Positions 26,051 through 40,101 are shown, numbered from the stretch's first letter. The stretch: 64,000 nt of DNA from Marsupella aquatica (GCA_973895155.1 OZ316897.1:22729455-22793454); one strand, 5' to 3'. The notes: a model not told the origin generated them from the letters alone. Made by a program: numbers and translations.

Positions 26051-27703
26051 ACTCACGGGGATTGAACTCATAGAATAGAAGACAATCGAATACAATGCAT
26101 ATTTGGGGACAACAAGACAGACAAATTTTGTGTTTCGAAAAACTAGTGAGCTATGCAAAATTGCTGTCTACATAGAAGGCAATGTTGAGAACTCTATTCT
26201 TCTGCTGAATTGCACTGAAGTTTCACTTTTCCTCATCTCCTAGTTTATTAGACAGTCTCGATCCCACTACAGATTCGTTTCGGAGTGTGTCGAGGTTTAT
26301 CAATCGTGCCGCTTGGTCCAGACACCAACGTCTCCAGAGAGATTGCAAAACTGCGCAGATGCAAACTTGAAAAATCTGATCGATCACGCGTATTTTCCCT
26401 GTACTGCGCTCTCTCGAAGAGCAATCGTACTGTACCAGTGCATTTAAGCGCCTTTTTCCACAGTGTTCGATTCGATGTCGAGCAGAGAATTTGATTTGAT
26501 CACACACAGGAAGTCCACTACTGTACTGGAACCACGGCAGATATGTTATTGCTGCATTGATTGATTCCCCGAGTTGGAATTTCCAGTCGAGTCGATAGTC
26601 ATTAGTTCTGCGTACCGCCCTCCTTCTCCTCCACTAGTGCAGTCCGTGAGCGGTTGTTGACACATTACTCTCTGCACAAGGAAAGTTTTTGATTGGGTAC
26701 CGTACTCGTCCATCGAGCTATGCTGGCTTGCATTCAGCCCCAAACAGCAAACCGCAGCTGCACCGCTGCATCATGGAGAACCTCAGTCAGACAGGCGGAC
26801 AGCAAGCTATGGCCGGCCAGCGGGCCAGATGTCGATGCCTTGTTGTACTCAACCTGTAGAGTTTAGCGCCATGTTGCTGTCTGTACATTAGTACATACGT
26901 CCCATGGACTTCTGGTCATGATATATCAATTTCTTCTTGGTTGAGGAGTGGCTGGCTAGCTAGCTACAGTAGCTGGACCGGTCCAACATGTTGCTGCGTA
27001 CATGAATGACAACGTAGGCCGGGTAGATTTCGCCATAAATGATCCCCAACGGTTCCGCGGTCCCGCTGAGGCGATGAGCGGAAGCTGGTAGCGGGCATTG
27101 CAGCACATTCAATTCATGGCCTTCCGCCTCGTGCGAACTGTACACTGCATCGATCGGTTGTAACCTCAGTAGCTCGCTCCTGCAGTGTGACAGCCAGCAT
27201 ATGTGGCTGCAGGAGCGGCTTCTTCAGGAGACTTTTGGAGGCACTATTTATTGCTCTCTATTCTCGTTGGATTACCACAAGGCGAACTTCGATCTATCTT
27301 TTGCACTCGCATTCAGTCGCCGCTGCTACCTCTGGTACGTGTGTGAAGGCAAGTTCAGTTCTTTCTGGAGCTAGAGTTGACCATGTGTGCTCTCAGGATA
27401 TGTCATCTCTTTTGCTCTTGTCACTGTTCCTTCCGGTGCAGAGCCCATCTCGATCCACTGCGGTCAATCATAGCTTACTGTCAAATCTTGGCGACGTTGT
27501 TTTTTGTCTGATGCTTAGGGGTTCATTAGTCTACAAGAATCTGCAATTTATGTGGACGTTGCTCATCGTTGTATCCCACATCAACAACCACTGCGGTATT
27601 TAAATTGAATTATTTGTCTAACATGTTTGGTTTCAATCTTCATACAGATCAACTGAGTGTTACCTCGTCATACTCATCTATCAACATTCACAGTCCAGAC
27701 ACC

Positions 27704-28048
27704 ATGGGGTGCATTGGAATCGCTAATGGCAAGTGTGCTCTGGCTTTGGCCGTGCTCTTTGTGATCATGCTCCTCAACGTGGAGCTCAGTCAAGCCGACG
27801 ACTGCAATAAGAGCGCTATCATAAGCTCCTTGAGACCCTGCTTGGGTTCGTCAACTGACCCCGACCGCGACAGCGTCTGCTGCGGTGCCATGAGAAACGT
27901 CATGATCTATCAGAAGCCCTCGGGCGCATGCATCTGTGCTCTTGTGGACGATGAATCAGCAGCTGCGATGGGTATGAATCCTGCAGTTGCGAAGAAAGTG
28001 ATAGGAAAGTGCGTCGGAGCTTCATCAATCCCACCATGCTTGGATTGA
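27704..28048 (+). CDS. Non-specific lipid transfer protein (eight-cysteine motif), secreted
   Basis: Signal peptide followed by C-Xn-C-Xn-CC-Xn-CIC-Xn-C-Xn-C. Intronless. Confidence 0.85.
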   Translation: MGCIGIANGKCALALAVLFVIMLLNVELSQADDCNKSAIISSLRPCLGSSTDPDRDSVCCGAMRNVMIYQKPSGACICALVDDESAAAMGMNPAVAKKVIGKCVGASSIPPCLD

Positions 28049-28890
28049 TTTAACTGCAACATTGATGACCATCGTTTCGGAAGAGTGACTTCCAGCGACT
28101 GTGCCACGCCACTATACGGCTAGTTGAGACTACCGAACTGTTGCGGTAGTATCAGCCATAGCCTAGCTTTACGGACGAAGGCACTTTTTCCATTCGTTAA
28201 AACTTCGTTAGATTTGGCGGGTTTGCCGCGGCAGGGTCGAGGTTTTGTAGTCCAGAAACGTTTCTTTGCCTACGATAATGTTTCGCGGAATTTGGTCAAG
28301 TGGTAACTCTTGGGAAATGTGATGTCTGTCTTCATGATTTGTGCGAATAAATATGGATGATAATTTTTGGGGTAAATGTGGTGTCCGTCTTCTCCATGAT
28401 CTGTGCGAATAAATAATGTCGATTATAATTTTCCGATAGTTGTAATGGTCGTATATTATTACTCGGGTGTACATTCCTCCTGTAATATTTTGCATGTGCA
28501 CTGGTTATTTTGTGCTCTATTATTAGGTTTGTTGTGCCTGTCATGACCGCTCTCTCGATTAATTCGTGTAGAAGAGAGGTCCTCGTTACACATCAAAGAA
28601 GTCAAAAGAATCTAATGAAGATGTTCCTCTTCATTACAATCCGAAATCCGAATGTCTGGACAGTCCTAAGGCTGCAGCAGCTACACTTCAAAACATTTCA
28701 AACGTGGGGAGACATCTAGTTTACAGGTTTAACAAATTCTTTGGATGAGAGTTTGACAGTCTAGGATGAAATTTACATGTATTGATCGTGCATACTGTAG
28801 AACTGCAGACTGTACATATCTACGATAGCACTTCCTTGATTGAAATGCAGCATTTGTCGAAGACCGCAAGCTGCGTGACCGTGGCAGCAT

Positions 28891-31800
28891 CTAGTGGGGG
28901 GAAGAATGTTGAACATGGCAGATCCTTGGTCTAGCAATGACCTCGAGAGGATGAAGCTTTTGGGTGGTGAAATAAACTTCATCTTCAAGGAAAGATATAT
29001 GTTGCTGAGGTAAGGTGAAGTGGAAGCGCTGCACGAAAGCGGCGATGAAACTGCAGACGACTGTAGTCGCTTGCGACACTCCGGCACACCTCCGCTTGCG
29101 ACACTCCGGCACACCTCCGCTTGCCCAGCCCGAAAGGAATCAGCTGGAAGTTCTGCACTCCCATGTCCAGTTCTGGAGTATTCATGAGTCGGTCCGGAAT
29201 CCATTCGTCCGATTTGGTCCATCTCTTCTTGTCGTGGTGCATCCCGTATACGTTGATCAGCAGCTGATCTTGCAAGGACGACAATGACGGTGGCAAATCC
29301 GTTCAGATTCCAGGCTCACGTAAAATCTTGATTCTAATGCTGGTACTGATTGCCTGTTACCCTCGTTCCAATTCCACTCAACGAAACATTGCACATCATG
29401 AACTTCTCACATGAATCGTCGATTACCGTTTACCATATTGAAAGTTAAAGCGATACTTATTATAAGCTCACTTCTAGACACTAGAACTGCCCTTAACTAG
29501 ACACTAGAAATACCCATAAATCTTTAGTGTTTAAATTGTACACCACCCTAAACTATAGACTACAGTAGAACAGCCCACAAATCTTTAACCCGAATACCAA
29601 TCTTGGGCTACGAAATAGTTCTAATGAGATCTAAATGGGTAAATAATAATACATGTCATGCACACGACATAAATCAAAGTCTGAACCTTAGTGAAAAGAG
29701 AATTATCCTCGTTAGTTTTTTATCGCAATAGTTTTTCTTACGTGTAAATTTCTACATTTGAAGTGAGGAATTTCCTAACATTTAGTGTGGGATTGTCTCA
29801 TTTACACACTTCCGAGCTTTCGCCCACTTTAGTGTTAGCATGATAGTATGAGTTTTATCAACATGAGAGTGTGACTACATTTTGTTTTGGGTAAGTTCTT
29901 AAATGGTAGTGTCCTTGGAGATGCTCGCCATTTGAGAGACTTGTTGTAGCTTGCGGCACGCCAGGGCACGTCTGGTGACTTGCATGTGTTACTCAGTACC
30001 TTCCCTATTGCGGCACAGTTCTCTTCCTCATTCTGACCATACAGATCTACTACCGTTTAAGACTAATGGAATCGGTGTTCATCTGGTGTTCACTTTTTCG
30101 TCCCGTAAACAAGGCCGAGAACAATGGTGCTTTATTGTGAGGAGTACCATTTTGCCATACGTCTCGCTTGAAATGTTTTCTTCAAGTTTGTGCATTAAGC
30201 TTTCGAATTTAAAGTCTTGCCAGTCAAAGGTAACAGCTTGGCCGGTGGGCCCCTACTCTGGCTTGTTCAGTGTGAACGTCAAATCCTGGAAATAATCGAG
30301 GCCATGATTAACATCGTAGAGGTTTCCTGGGTCCGTACAACACCACAGAACCTACTGGTAAGAATCTGAGAATCGTGGAAAAATGGACGAACCTGCCAGC
30401 CCTTGGGAATGTCGTAGCCACCGATGGTGATGTCCTCCTCCACCTCACGCGGTAGCAATATACCAACCGGACTATGGAATCTCAACGTCTCCTTGAAAAT
30501 GGCGTCCAGGAGTGGCAGATTGGGTAGGTCGCTTTCCGTCACCATGCGGCTCCCCACCACCTTCTGAATCTCTTGGTACAGCCGATCCTGCGTGAATCAA
30601 GCCTGGATCAATCTACATTCTAGGTAGCAACAGTACACCGTAGTAAAATGCTAAACATTCGTCCGGAAGTCAGACCATGTCTAGATACAAATCTGGAATT
30701 CTGCAACTACCGTGGCCAGCAGCAAATACTTGAAAATACAAATGGAACATTTGGAGTGGATGGCTGAAAAAATACAGTGAGAAAAATTCTAGAACACATC
30801 GTTAGATGTTTTCAGTTGGGTTTGATAATGGTCGTTTGGAACAGCTAGCTTGAACCACACTACTTTTCAGCATTGAAGACTAATGGCCATTATAATGTGG
30901 GAAAACTTATCGTCCCACTGCATCGCCGGCTGAGCTTGCTAGTTAGCTCCCTAACACGGCTGTGCTGGCAACACATGTGCTCCAAGTTCTGTACTAATAT
31001 TAACGGGCAGTGACAATGGTACTGCGTCTGCGTTGTGTCAAATTAATGGCGTTACCACTTCAGAATTTCCCCGAAAAGCCTACTCTATGTTGTGTTCATT
31101 AACCTGTTCAATCTTCTTTATGGTGAGTTTCAAATGTCTATGATCCAATTGCCTATTTACCACTATAATACTCCCAAAAAGTGAAATGAACCCTTTATAA
31201 ATTATTGATAAAAATGACCAAACCAATTTTGACTTTTCATCAAAACATTATTTTTCTTTTCACTCCTTCAGATTAATTTATTCATACACCCCATCTGAAA
31301 TATCTGCCCAAGCTGCCCTCCTCAATTGCCCCAGATAAAAAATTTAATTTAACTAATTCATATTTTAAATTTAAAAAAGGAAAAACTTTTAATTATTGTA
31401 TTAATATAAGAATAAAATATAAAATAACTATTTCCTTAAAGATTAAAAAACTTAGAAAAAAAATTAAAATAAATTCTATCATTTTGTTGTGATTGGACTT
31501 TGTGATAAGATAGTATATCCCCTTTGCACCCCCCGAAAACAACGTTAATATTTTAAATGACCAAATTGATAGCAATAACAGCCATGCATCTAAAATTTTG
31601 CAATCACAAATGTGACTCCATAAATAACCCAATCATAACAATAACAGACCTAGTCTAATAATAACACTTCTTATATTAGCTAACTTGCAATTCTCTACCT
31701 TATGTTCTGTTTTCTTTACCTTCTGTTATGTTAGCATTTTTGTGCAACAAGAAACAAAAAAGAGAATGACAACGGAAAGTAAATGTATGTATGAAGTTAG

Positions 31801-34800
31801 TTGATTGCAACGACAATCATGTGATACTGTAGACTGTATATTCATAATAACACCATGGTGGGGGAATGTCAACGATAAGTGATGACAACGGATAAGTGAT
31901 GACAACGCGCGATTGAAGCATTCACACAACATCTTCTCTCATTTAAACAATATTTTGGTAGTTAAATTAAAAAAGTCTTAGAAGCGGCCAACAGCAATTT
32001 CACGAGACGGAATTGGGTTGCATCATGAACACACATGTGACTGGGTACGCAAGAAACACCTATGATCCGTGGTGATGGTGGATGCCTGGGGACCAGGACT
32101 GACGTAATTATTCTAGTACTGGTTATCCGAAGGGAAACTGGTCTCACATTGAATTTTGGACATACCTGAACATGCTGATCCTTCGCAAGTTCATATATCG
32201 CCCATTCTGAAGTGACGAGAGTAGTGTCGGAGCTCTCAATGATCGGCTCCCAGGTGAGTAGCTCGACTTTCAAACTGCTAAGATCCGTCTCGACTGTCAA
32301 CAAATGTTCCAGAAATCCGCCTGTCGGGCCCTGCATTCATTTTATTTCATTCAAGAGCAAAGTTTGTTAAGCACAGGAATACACCCATCCGACCCCGTAT
32401 TCGTTTTAATTATGTCATTCAAAAGCACCGTTTGTTAGACCGCGTCATATCATGTGCTGACCGTTTCCTAAAGAACTAGAACTGAAAATCTAAGTAGCTC
32501 GAGACCGGGATCTCGACCAAGCCTCGCATTCAATTAGTGGTTTTAGAGAGGGAGGAAAGTAACCCAGATTATCAATCTACAGTCCTGGCCTGTCTCAATG
32601 GTATCATCCTCGATCGACAGAGTCCTTATGTGTAACGGCAGTCAAAACCGGAGAGATTCAACCTTCTACCCCGCCTTATACGGTTGGAAACTGGGTATCT
32701 AGTCTAGAGAATATATGGGAAGATATGGGGTTCAATGGTAATTTCGTTCTTGAATAACGTCCGTGTACAAACCTGCAACTCGAGATGTCGGCGTTTCTGT
32801 TCGATGAGAGCCCGGACCACGAAACATTTCTTTTTTTCCAAGTCCACTACTTTCTTCTTGAAGTCGGGGTTTGGGAGCCATTTGAGCAACGGTAGAAAAT
32901 CCCGCCAGTCCACAAAGACGCTAGACTTCATGGGAGTCACGACCAGATGGTCAAATATGTCCCATAGCCCCAATTTTCCCAACTCCAGCACGTCCACACT
33001 CTCCGGAATGTACCCCAAGATCTGAGGAAAGAATTCGTTAGAACGAGATAACACGAATCAGCTGCTTGTCACAACAAATCACACCAAGGTATCATGTGTT
33101 TATAGTGTCGACGTAGTTCACATCGAGCAAACACAAGGAAGTCCCACGTACAGTATGAGCTAGAAGTTTGGTGAACTTAGGAATTGGTATCGAAAATGCT
33201 CTAACCTCGGGTCTAACCCTGTATGTATGAGAAATCGGAGGGCAAGGGACAGGAACTAAGAAGAAAGCCGCGAATCTGCCAGAGGCGATCACTTCTAAGC
33301 ATATGAAGGGGCTGGAAGGGGAAGTGCTAACAATTCGCTAAGAGGAAGTCAAACTTTGCTATTAATGATCAAACCATCAAACTTTTCTTGTGATTGCTGG
33401 AATGCGCAGAGTCCCGCTGCGGGGCAGGTTCATCCTGAGAGTAAAGTCTTCAACCGAGCAATGTTTAAAGAGGCAGTAGGAAAGGGATCAGATACCAATT
33501 ATGAAACCTTTTGGCACGGGTAGAAAGGAATTGAAGAAAAGGGTTGAAGTAATATATGGTCATGATCAGTCAATTGTAGCAAGACGACGCATGAATGGAT
33601 GATAGCCAGAGATAGAGAACCTGATGCATCACGGAGGGGAAGATGTAGTGCTTGATAGATTCCCTGACGTTCACCAAGCCAGATGATCCCTTTAGTTTCA
33701 GTACGACTCCATCCACAGCACTCTCCAGCAATTTCTCTCGAAGGGAACTCAAAGATTTCTGCGCAGCAAGTCAGCCAATTGAAGAGATTTTGTGCGAAGC
33801 TCGACGATTGCCAACATATATGACGTTTTCTCTCGTGACATGCTCTGAACTTAGACCCGATCTGCCTAAAAACTAGCCAAATAATTGTCCATCACAAATT
33901 TATTCGAATATATCAACCTTCCACGGTACGTTCTTGCTCCTTAAAACAGATCAGCACGAGCTCTGAGAGGTTTTTGAACGAGCGAGAAGAAACTGTTTAG
34001 ACAAGAGAAAAACCCAAACCTGGGGAACAGGTGCCAGAACTCGGCTTGAAAGCAGTTTCTTCAGCTTGCGGTACTCATCGCCATAATCAGCCGTCGCCAG
34101 GAGGCCCTTGTCCGAAGTCCAAACTTTCAGATTACTCAGAAGGCCTCTCTTGGACACACTTTCATACTTCGTCACGGCAGCCTTTACTTTCATCCATGCC
34201 ACCAAGTTTCAGAGAAGTTCATCGAGTTCTTGAACGATCAAAGGGGACGATTGTGCAGTTATCTGGTGTGAGGACTACGTGACTACTAACTTCAAGTGGA
34301 TCATGATTCACAGTAAAAACTTTTAATTATGATAATGAACGATTGGTTACCTCCTTAGCAAGCTCTGGAGAGGACAGGACGACGTATCTGAAGGGACCGA
34401 GCTTGAGCCGAAAAATGGGCCCAAATTTCTCGGAGAATTCGGTGATTGTTCGGTAAGGCTTCACCGATTTCAGCTGCAGCAAGTTTCCAATAAGTGGCAA
34501 CCCACCCGGCACACCTGTACATGATATTTGATGCACAGTTCAGAAAATCGATTAAGGCGAACGTGTTGTACGAAAACGCTCACCATGTATAGAAACAGAA
34601 AATTAATAAATAAATTTCCCGTGACCGTGCGTTAATACTCTCGATTAAAATAGTAACGCAAGATCCAAAATACTTCCCGCAAGATCTTTCAAAGATTTAT
34701 CTAGTTTCAATACTGTCCCAGGAGCCGACTATACATGACCGCCTAAGGAGAACGACCGAAGCCAAGGGAAGTCTTTCAGTCTCCAGGAACAGGGAAAGAA

Positions 34801-35191
34801 AAGTCTATCTGAAATCAAAGTTCTGAATATTCAAGACATCAACAAATTTGGGGCTAGGCGTATCAGTGATCATAAACGTACTGAATATTAATTCATTCAT
34901 CGCAGTCTGCTATGGACGTACCGACCAACTTGAAGAGCTGGACACTGGCCACAACCGACCTGGAGGATAGTACTTCCGTGTCTTGGAGAATCGACTTCTG
35001 AACAGAGTGGTGAAGCTGCCCACCACAAGCACGAGGACTAAGAAGAGAACCGTGAACAAAGACCGCTGTTGCAGCTCCCCTGGCAGAGTGGGAACAATTT
35101 GATTCACAGAGCTCCGAAGAAACTGATCTGCAGAAGCCGCCAAGTCTTTCACTGCCTCTCCCCAAATCTGCTTGGAATTGGGCTGTGCCAT
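28891..35191 (-). pseudogene. CYP701: Cytochrome P450 CYP701 family (ent-kaurene oxidase-like), 8 exons, frameshifted in the last exon
   Basis: Exons 35191-34960, 34514-34351, 34181-34020, 33758-33621, 33021-32773, 32330-32166, 30587-30393 and 29263-28891. Motifs PGGLPLIGNLLQLK, VDWRDFLP, WEPIIESSDTTLVTSEWAIYELAK (CYP701 I-helix), KETLR and FGLGKRRCAG. A 25-bp tandem duplication at 29068-29117 shifts the frame. Confidence 0.88.
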
Positions 35192-35849
35192 GACGAACTG
35201 ATTGATACGGTCAATAGCTGAGCACTTGATTGACGCCGCCTCACTGACGGGGTATGAACATGTACACAGTACGTAGCGTACAGCAGCGACCTTGAAGCTC
35301 GTCAGCCTGAACTCTGGGGCGGGGTCTTCATACTGATCACGTATATATGCAGTCCTTGTCACCGTCAGCAAACACAGACCGGTGCAGATAACATTGTGAC
35401 AGCATCAATCTACCGATCATACTAGCCGAATGTTACAAGCCGAATGGTGAAGGCCAAAATTGATGGTCAGGGACTTTCTGATATCAGGATTTTGATTTCC
35501 AATTGAAATCAGCGCTCGAGTCTCCTGTTTCCAGTACTGTTTCTCCCCAAGGTCGCGCCGCTGAAAACGCCCCTTTCTAGGACGAGGCTACGTACCGGAT
35601 GTGAGTATATCCGAATCAAGACACGGAAGTACTATCCTCCACAAACTCTGGGATAAATTGCGAGGCTCATCCGATCAATGTTTCTCATTTGACAGCCCTT
35701 CCCGAGTTGTCCTTCTCTGCGTGCTAGAACTCCTGCTGACCGTAAGATTTCAAGCACTTCGCATGAGGGCTTCTCAAACCCTTGAAACCTTGAAGTTGCG
35801 GAATAAATTCACTCCAAAACTAGTCACAGGTCAGGAGTGCGCCACACTT

Positions 35850-36290
35850 ATTTTTGTGTCCATCATTTTTTCCCCGGGTATTAATTCTTCGCGGTTGGGA
35901 CAGGAATATGCAAATTCTCATTTTTGTGTCCGTCAGAATTGGTCACTTGCAGATACGCATTTTTGTGTCCGTCAGAAATGGTCAAGGGTCCAAAGTGATA
36001 TTCATTTATGTATTGGTCAAGTGTCCAGAGTGTGCAAGTATTCTGAATATTTTTGTATTGGTCAAGGGTCCAGAGTGTGCAGATAATCATTTTTGTATTG
36101 GTCAAGGGTCCAGAGTGTGGTCCAGAGTGTGCAGATACTCATTTTTGTATTGGTCAAGTGTCCAGAGTGTGCAGATAATCATTTTTGTATTGGTCAAGGG
36201 TCCAGAGTGTGCAGATACTCATTTTTGAGCGCGCCACTGTTTTCCCTGGTCAAGGGTCAAGAGTCAGTGTGCAGATACTCATTTTTGGGG
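35850..36290. repeat. ~40-bp tandem repeat array (roughly 9-10 units)
   Basis: Unit atttttgtattggtcaagggtccagagtgtgcagata(c/a)tc, degenerate at both ends. Confidence 0.9.
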
Positions 36291-36336
36291 GTGACAGGAG
36301 ACAAAAAGGAAAGGTTTGAGACCCCCTTCTGATGCT

Positions 36337-36800
36337 GCATTCTGAGCCAGCCATCCTCATAAAATGTATGTTCTGATTACCCACCCAGGCAGGACCTTTA
36401 GCTCATCACACTCTTAGATCTTTTCATGTTACTTTTCTTTTCCTCTTTTGGTGCTTTTGGGTTTCCCGTTGCACACTTGTTTTGAGTTTGGTGTTCCTAC
36501 ACTTTGTACATCGTTTGCTTAGCTTGTTTCAATCTCATTGTACTTTGTGTGGCTCTTTTTTGTAGACACACTTCTGCGGGTGTTCAACATTGAGAGCGGT
36601 TCAAGCACTGACGCTGCACTACTGAGGGGCCTGGCATCTGAGCAACGGAGCCATCCTCACTGAAAATTATTTTATTATTACCCACCCGAGCAAGATCTGT
36701 AGCTCATCACACACATATACTCTTAGATTTTCACATTTTCTGTTCCTCTTTCTATGCTTTCAGGTTTTCCCAATCAACACGTCTTTTGAACTTGGTGTTT
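36337..36800. repeat. Two diverged ~165-bp direct repeats (36337-36500 and 36634-36800)
   Basis: Shared agccatcctca, attacccaccc, tagctcatcacac, actcttagat and ttggtgtt blocks. Confidence 0.7.
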
Positions 36801-36934
36801 GGTCCTTACTTGTCAGGTTTTGGTTGTGGTTGGCTTTTTCTAGGGTCCTTTGGGCTCCTTGCATGGCTCTTTGGTTTTTTCTCCTTGATTGATTCTCTCG
36901 CCTTGATTGGGTTCTTTACCTTATGATCATGTTT

Positions 36935-37440
36935 TTTTGGCATAATATTTGCCACTGATTTCATTCTATTTATCACTATGCCACTATTTTTGTTTGGATG
37001 TGGGCTGAAAAAACTAACCCAGGGGTAACGTACTCCTTTGCATCCAATGGCTGTCATCACACCCAATTTACTATCACATGGTCTGGCTCTCCCTCAATGT
37101 GACTTTGACCATCCGGGTGACCATCCTGAGGAGGATTGGGCCAAAGACTACACATAGGCACGGGGTGACATTAGATAGAGGCCGTGTGTAGGCTTGGGGG
37201 ACAGGACCATGCAACCCACCCCTTAGTCAGCTGACCCAAGGGTGTTCAAGGTCATATTGAGTGAGACCCAGGTCTTGATTAATTAGGAAACTTGGTGGGA
37301 CAATAGCCATTGTGTGTGAAGAACCCTAACGTAGACTAAGCTAGTTCTCTTAACCAACAACAACAATAGTAACATGATTGTGATGAATAGAAAACAATTG
37401 GCAATGTATGTATTAAGCCATGTATTGAGCCACAAAAAAC
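36935..37440. mobile_element. Degenerate foldback / MITE-like element with long imperfect inverted arms
   Basis: tctggctctccctcaatgtgactttg (~37082) pairs with caaggtcatattgagtgagacccagg (~37247). ttctatttatcactatg (~36965) pairs with the 37370-37400 region. Confidence 0.5.
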
Positions 37441-37529
37441 TATCAACTTAGTAAATCTCAATTTTATTATTACTACACTGAGGACCTGTAGCTAATCAAT
37501 CCAACAATCTTAGATTCTTTTCCCCACAT

Positions 37530-37785
37530 TTTGAACTGGGGGGGGGTCACTATATGAAGGGTCATACATCATGTGCGATGGTTTGGGTCATTTATGACCC
37601 CCCTAACTCACTTTCTATAAAGTTGTATGACACCAATGATGTGATGACACATGCATTTTGCAATTAAACAACCCTATGTTTCCATTGAAGACTTAATAAG
37701 TCTTCCGCCAAAACCATTTAATGACCCTATACTTTGTCGCACGTGATATGCCATTTCCATGCAAGTGACTCCCCCGAGATTTTGA
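37530..37785. mobile_element. MITE-like element with ~65-bp imperfect inverted arms
   Basis: ggggggtcact...catcatgtgcga...gggtcatt is mirrored by aatgaccc...tcgcacgtgatatg...agtgactccccc. A related motif recurs at ~47910 and ~48100. Confidence 0.5.
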
Positions 37786-38876
37786 ATCTGATGTTTGTCC
37801 ACTTAATACCTCTTTAGCTTGTTCAACTCGACATTTTCTCTCGCCTCTCTTTTGTTTTTCCCTCATATGGTACTTTGTTTCAAATAGGACTTTTTTGTAA
37901 ATAAAGTTCCCATCTTGCTTCCCGTGTGTTCATTATTTAGAGCCATTCAATCACTTGAATTGATGCTCCAATGAACTGCGTCATTCTACTTAACATTTGA
38001 GTTTGCACAAACTCAGATGAAAGACTATGTATTTGATGTTTGTTATTTAAGTGTGAATTTGAGCTTTTTAATTATGAATTGTACGAATAAAGCATCAAAT
38101 ACATTCAATACGTCAAGAGTTAGAATTATAGCATAATTCAAAGGAAAGTCATGTTTGTGTGAACTAGAATCCGGGATGGACTGATAGGTTGTCTATGAAG
38201 CCCCCATGGACAAACCAAACTTGGATGAACTTGACTCAAACACACATGCATGCTTGGATACTATGTTTTAAACTTGTGTACAAAAATACCCTGTCAGATC
38301 ATCACTTCTGTCCAACTATCCAAAAGTACCATGTCAAAGCACCATGTCTGTCCATTTTTGTCCAAGGGTACCATGTACCATCATTTTTTGCAAGCCTCAT
38401 TGTATCTCGTAATATTCTATTCTCTCAAGCTAGTCACTTTAACCATTTTTTTAGAGATCAATAAAAAATATGAAATATGTAAGGTATGTTTAGATATTTG
38501 TAGGCCTTATCTGGCCTTTATGGTAAATCACAAGGACGATATGCATGGTCGAGGAGTTGGGGATTTCCCCACCTAACTTGGTGAATCAGTGTACCATAAC
38601 AAAGAAGTGGGGATTCCGGACATCTTAGGTAATTTGGTTGAAAATACCCATGCTTTCCCATACATAACGAGGGATTTGATACTTCTAGCAGTTCAACGTT
38701 TCCCTGGGGTAATTTGCCTATGTGTCCCACAGGCGTGACATTTGGGGCGTTTCCCGTAATATACCCAACTATAGAAGGGTTTAGCGCCTCCGCATTTCCC
38801 CACATTTGCGTGTTTATTTGTATAAGCCGGAGGCAGTTGGCATAATCCAGGTCCTTGGATGGTCGCGCTCTCCGCA

Positions 38877-39865
38877 ACATCCGTGTGCATATTACTCGCA
38901 TACCGTGGGGTATCGCTGGGGTATTTGGGATGTCAGCGTCCAATTGCCGCTCTCCAAGTGGCTTCGCTGAGGTGTGCAGGATGATATTCATCTCCACCAT
39001 CCAATTTTGTTGTGGTAAAGTGGGGATTCCGTGTGCATATTACCCGCATACCGTGGGGTATCGCTGGGGTATTTGGGATGTCAGCGTCCAATTGCCGCTC
39101 TCCAAGTGGCTTCGCTGAGGTGTGCAGGATGATATTTATCTCCACCATCCAATTTTGCTGTGGTAAAGTGGGGATTCCGTGTGCATATTACCCGCATACT
39201 GTGGGGTATCTCTGGGGTATTTGGGTTGTCAGCATCCAATTGCCGCTCTCCAAGTGGCTTCGCTGGCAGCCCTGGAGGTGCGCAGGATGATATGCATCTC
39301 CACCGTCCAATTTTGCTATGGCTAAGTGGGGATTCCGTGTGCATATTACCCGCATACATTAGTGTATCTCTGGGGTATTTGGGTTTTCAGCGTCCAATGG
39401 CCGCTCTCCAGGTGGCCTCGCTGGCAGCCCTGGAGGTGTGCAGGATGATATGCATCTCCACCATCCAAATTTCCTGTTGTAAAGTGGGGGTTCTGTGTGC
39501 ATATTACCCGCATACCCTGGGGTAGATCGTTGGGGTATTTGGTATGCCACTTCCAATTGCCACTCTCCAGGTGGCTTCGCTAACAGCCCTGGAGGTTTGC
39601 AGGATGATATGCATCTTCACCGTCCAGATTTCCTATGTCGAAGCGGGGATTACTTGTGCATTTTACCTGCATACTGTGGGGTATTTGTAGGGTATTTTTG
39701 ATTCCATGCTTCTTGCTGCGTCAAATTGCATCCGCATCGTCAAATTCCAGGATAATGTGCATCCGCATCGTCCAAATTGCCTACGGTGAAGTGGGGATTC
39801 ACGATGTAACGCCTATGTATTGTGGGGTATTGGGGGATCCTCACGTATTACCAATGGGGTATTAA
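38877..39865. repeat. 148-159-bp satellite, ~6.5 copies, GGGGTAT-rich
   Basis: tgtgcat anchors at ~38881, 39029, 39177, 39335, 39494 and 39652. The first two units are nearly identical and later ones diverge progressively. Confidence 0.95.
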
Positions 39866-40098
39866 AAATGTCTGGCGTCCCCAGATGAATTGCATCGAAA
39901 ACCATCCAGTCATATTGCCAATGAATACCATGAAATGTCGATGGGTATCGTGAATGTAAGGTTCTTTATTGGGCCCAGCTTACGCAAATCAAATTTCTAA
40001 TATGGTTTTGAATCATTTCCTCATAGCGTTGTAAATAAGATCACAGTGAGTTAAGTAGCATTCATTTGTACATTAGAAACTAAGTACGTTAGCAACTC

Positions 40099-40101
<3 letters not shown>

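Noticed and set aside
26750-27400. GC-richer stretch upstream of the nsLTP, considered as a miRNA precursor or small gene
   Set aside because: No conserved miRNA sequence, convincing hairpin or protein motif was seen.
38518-39865. Many overlapping ORFs on both strands
   Set aside because: They are by-products of the 148-159-bp satellite and show no protein motifs.
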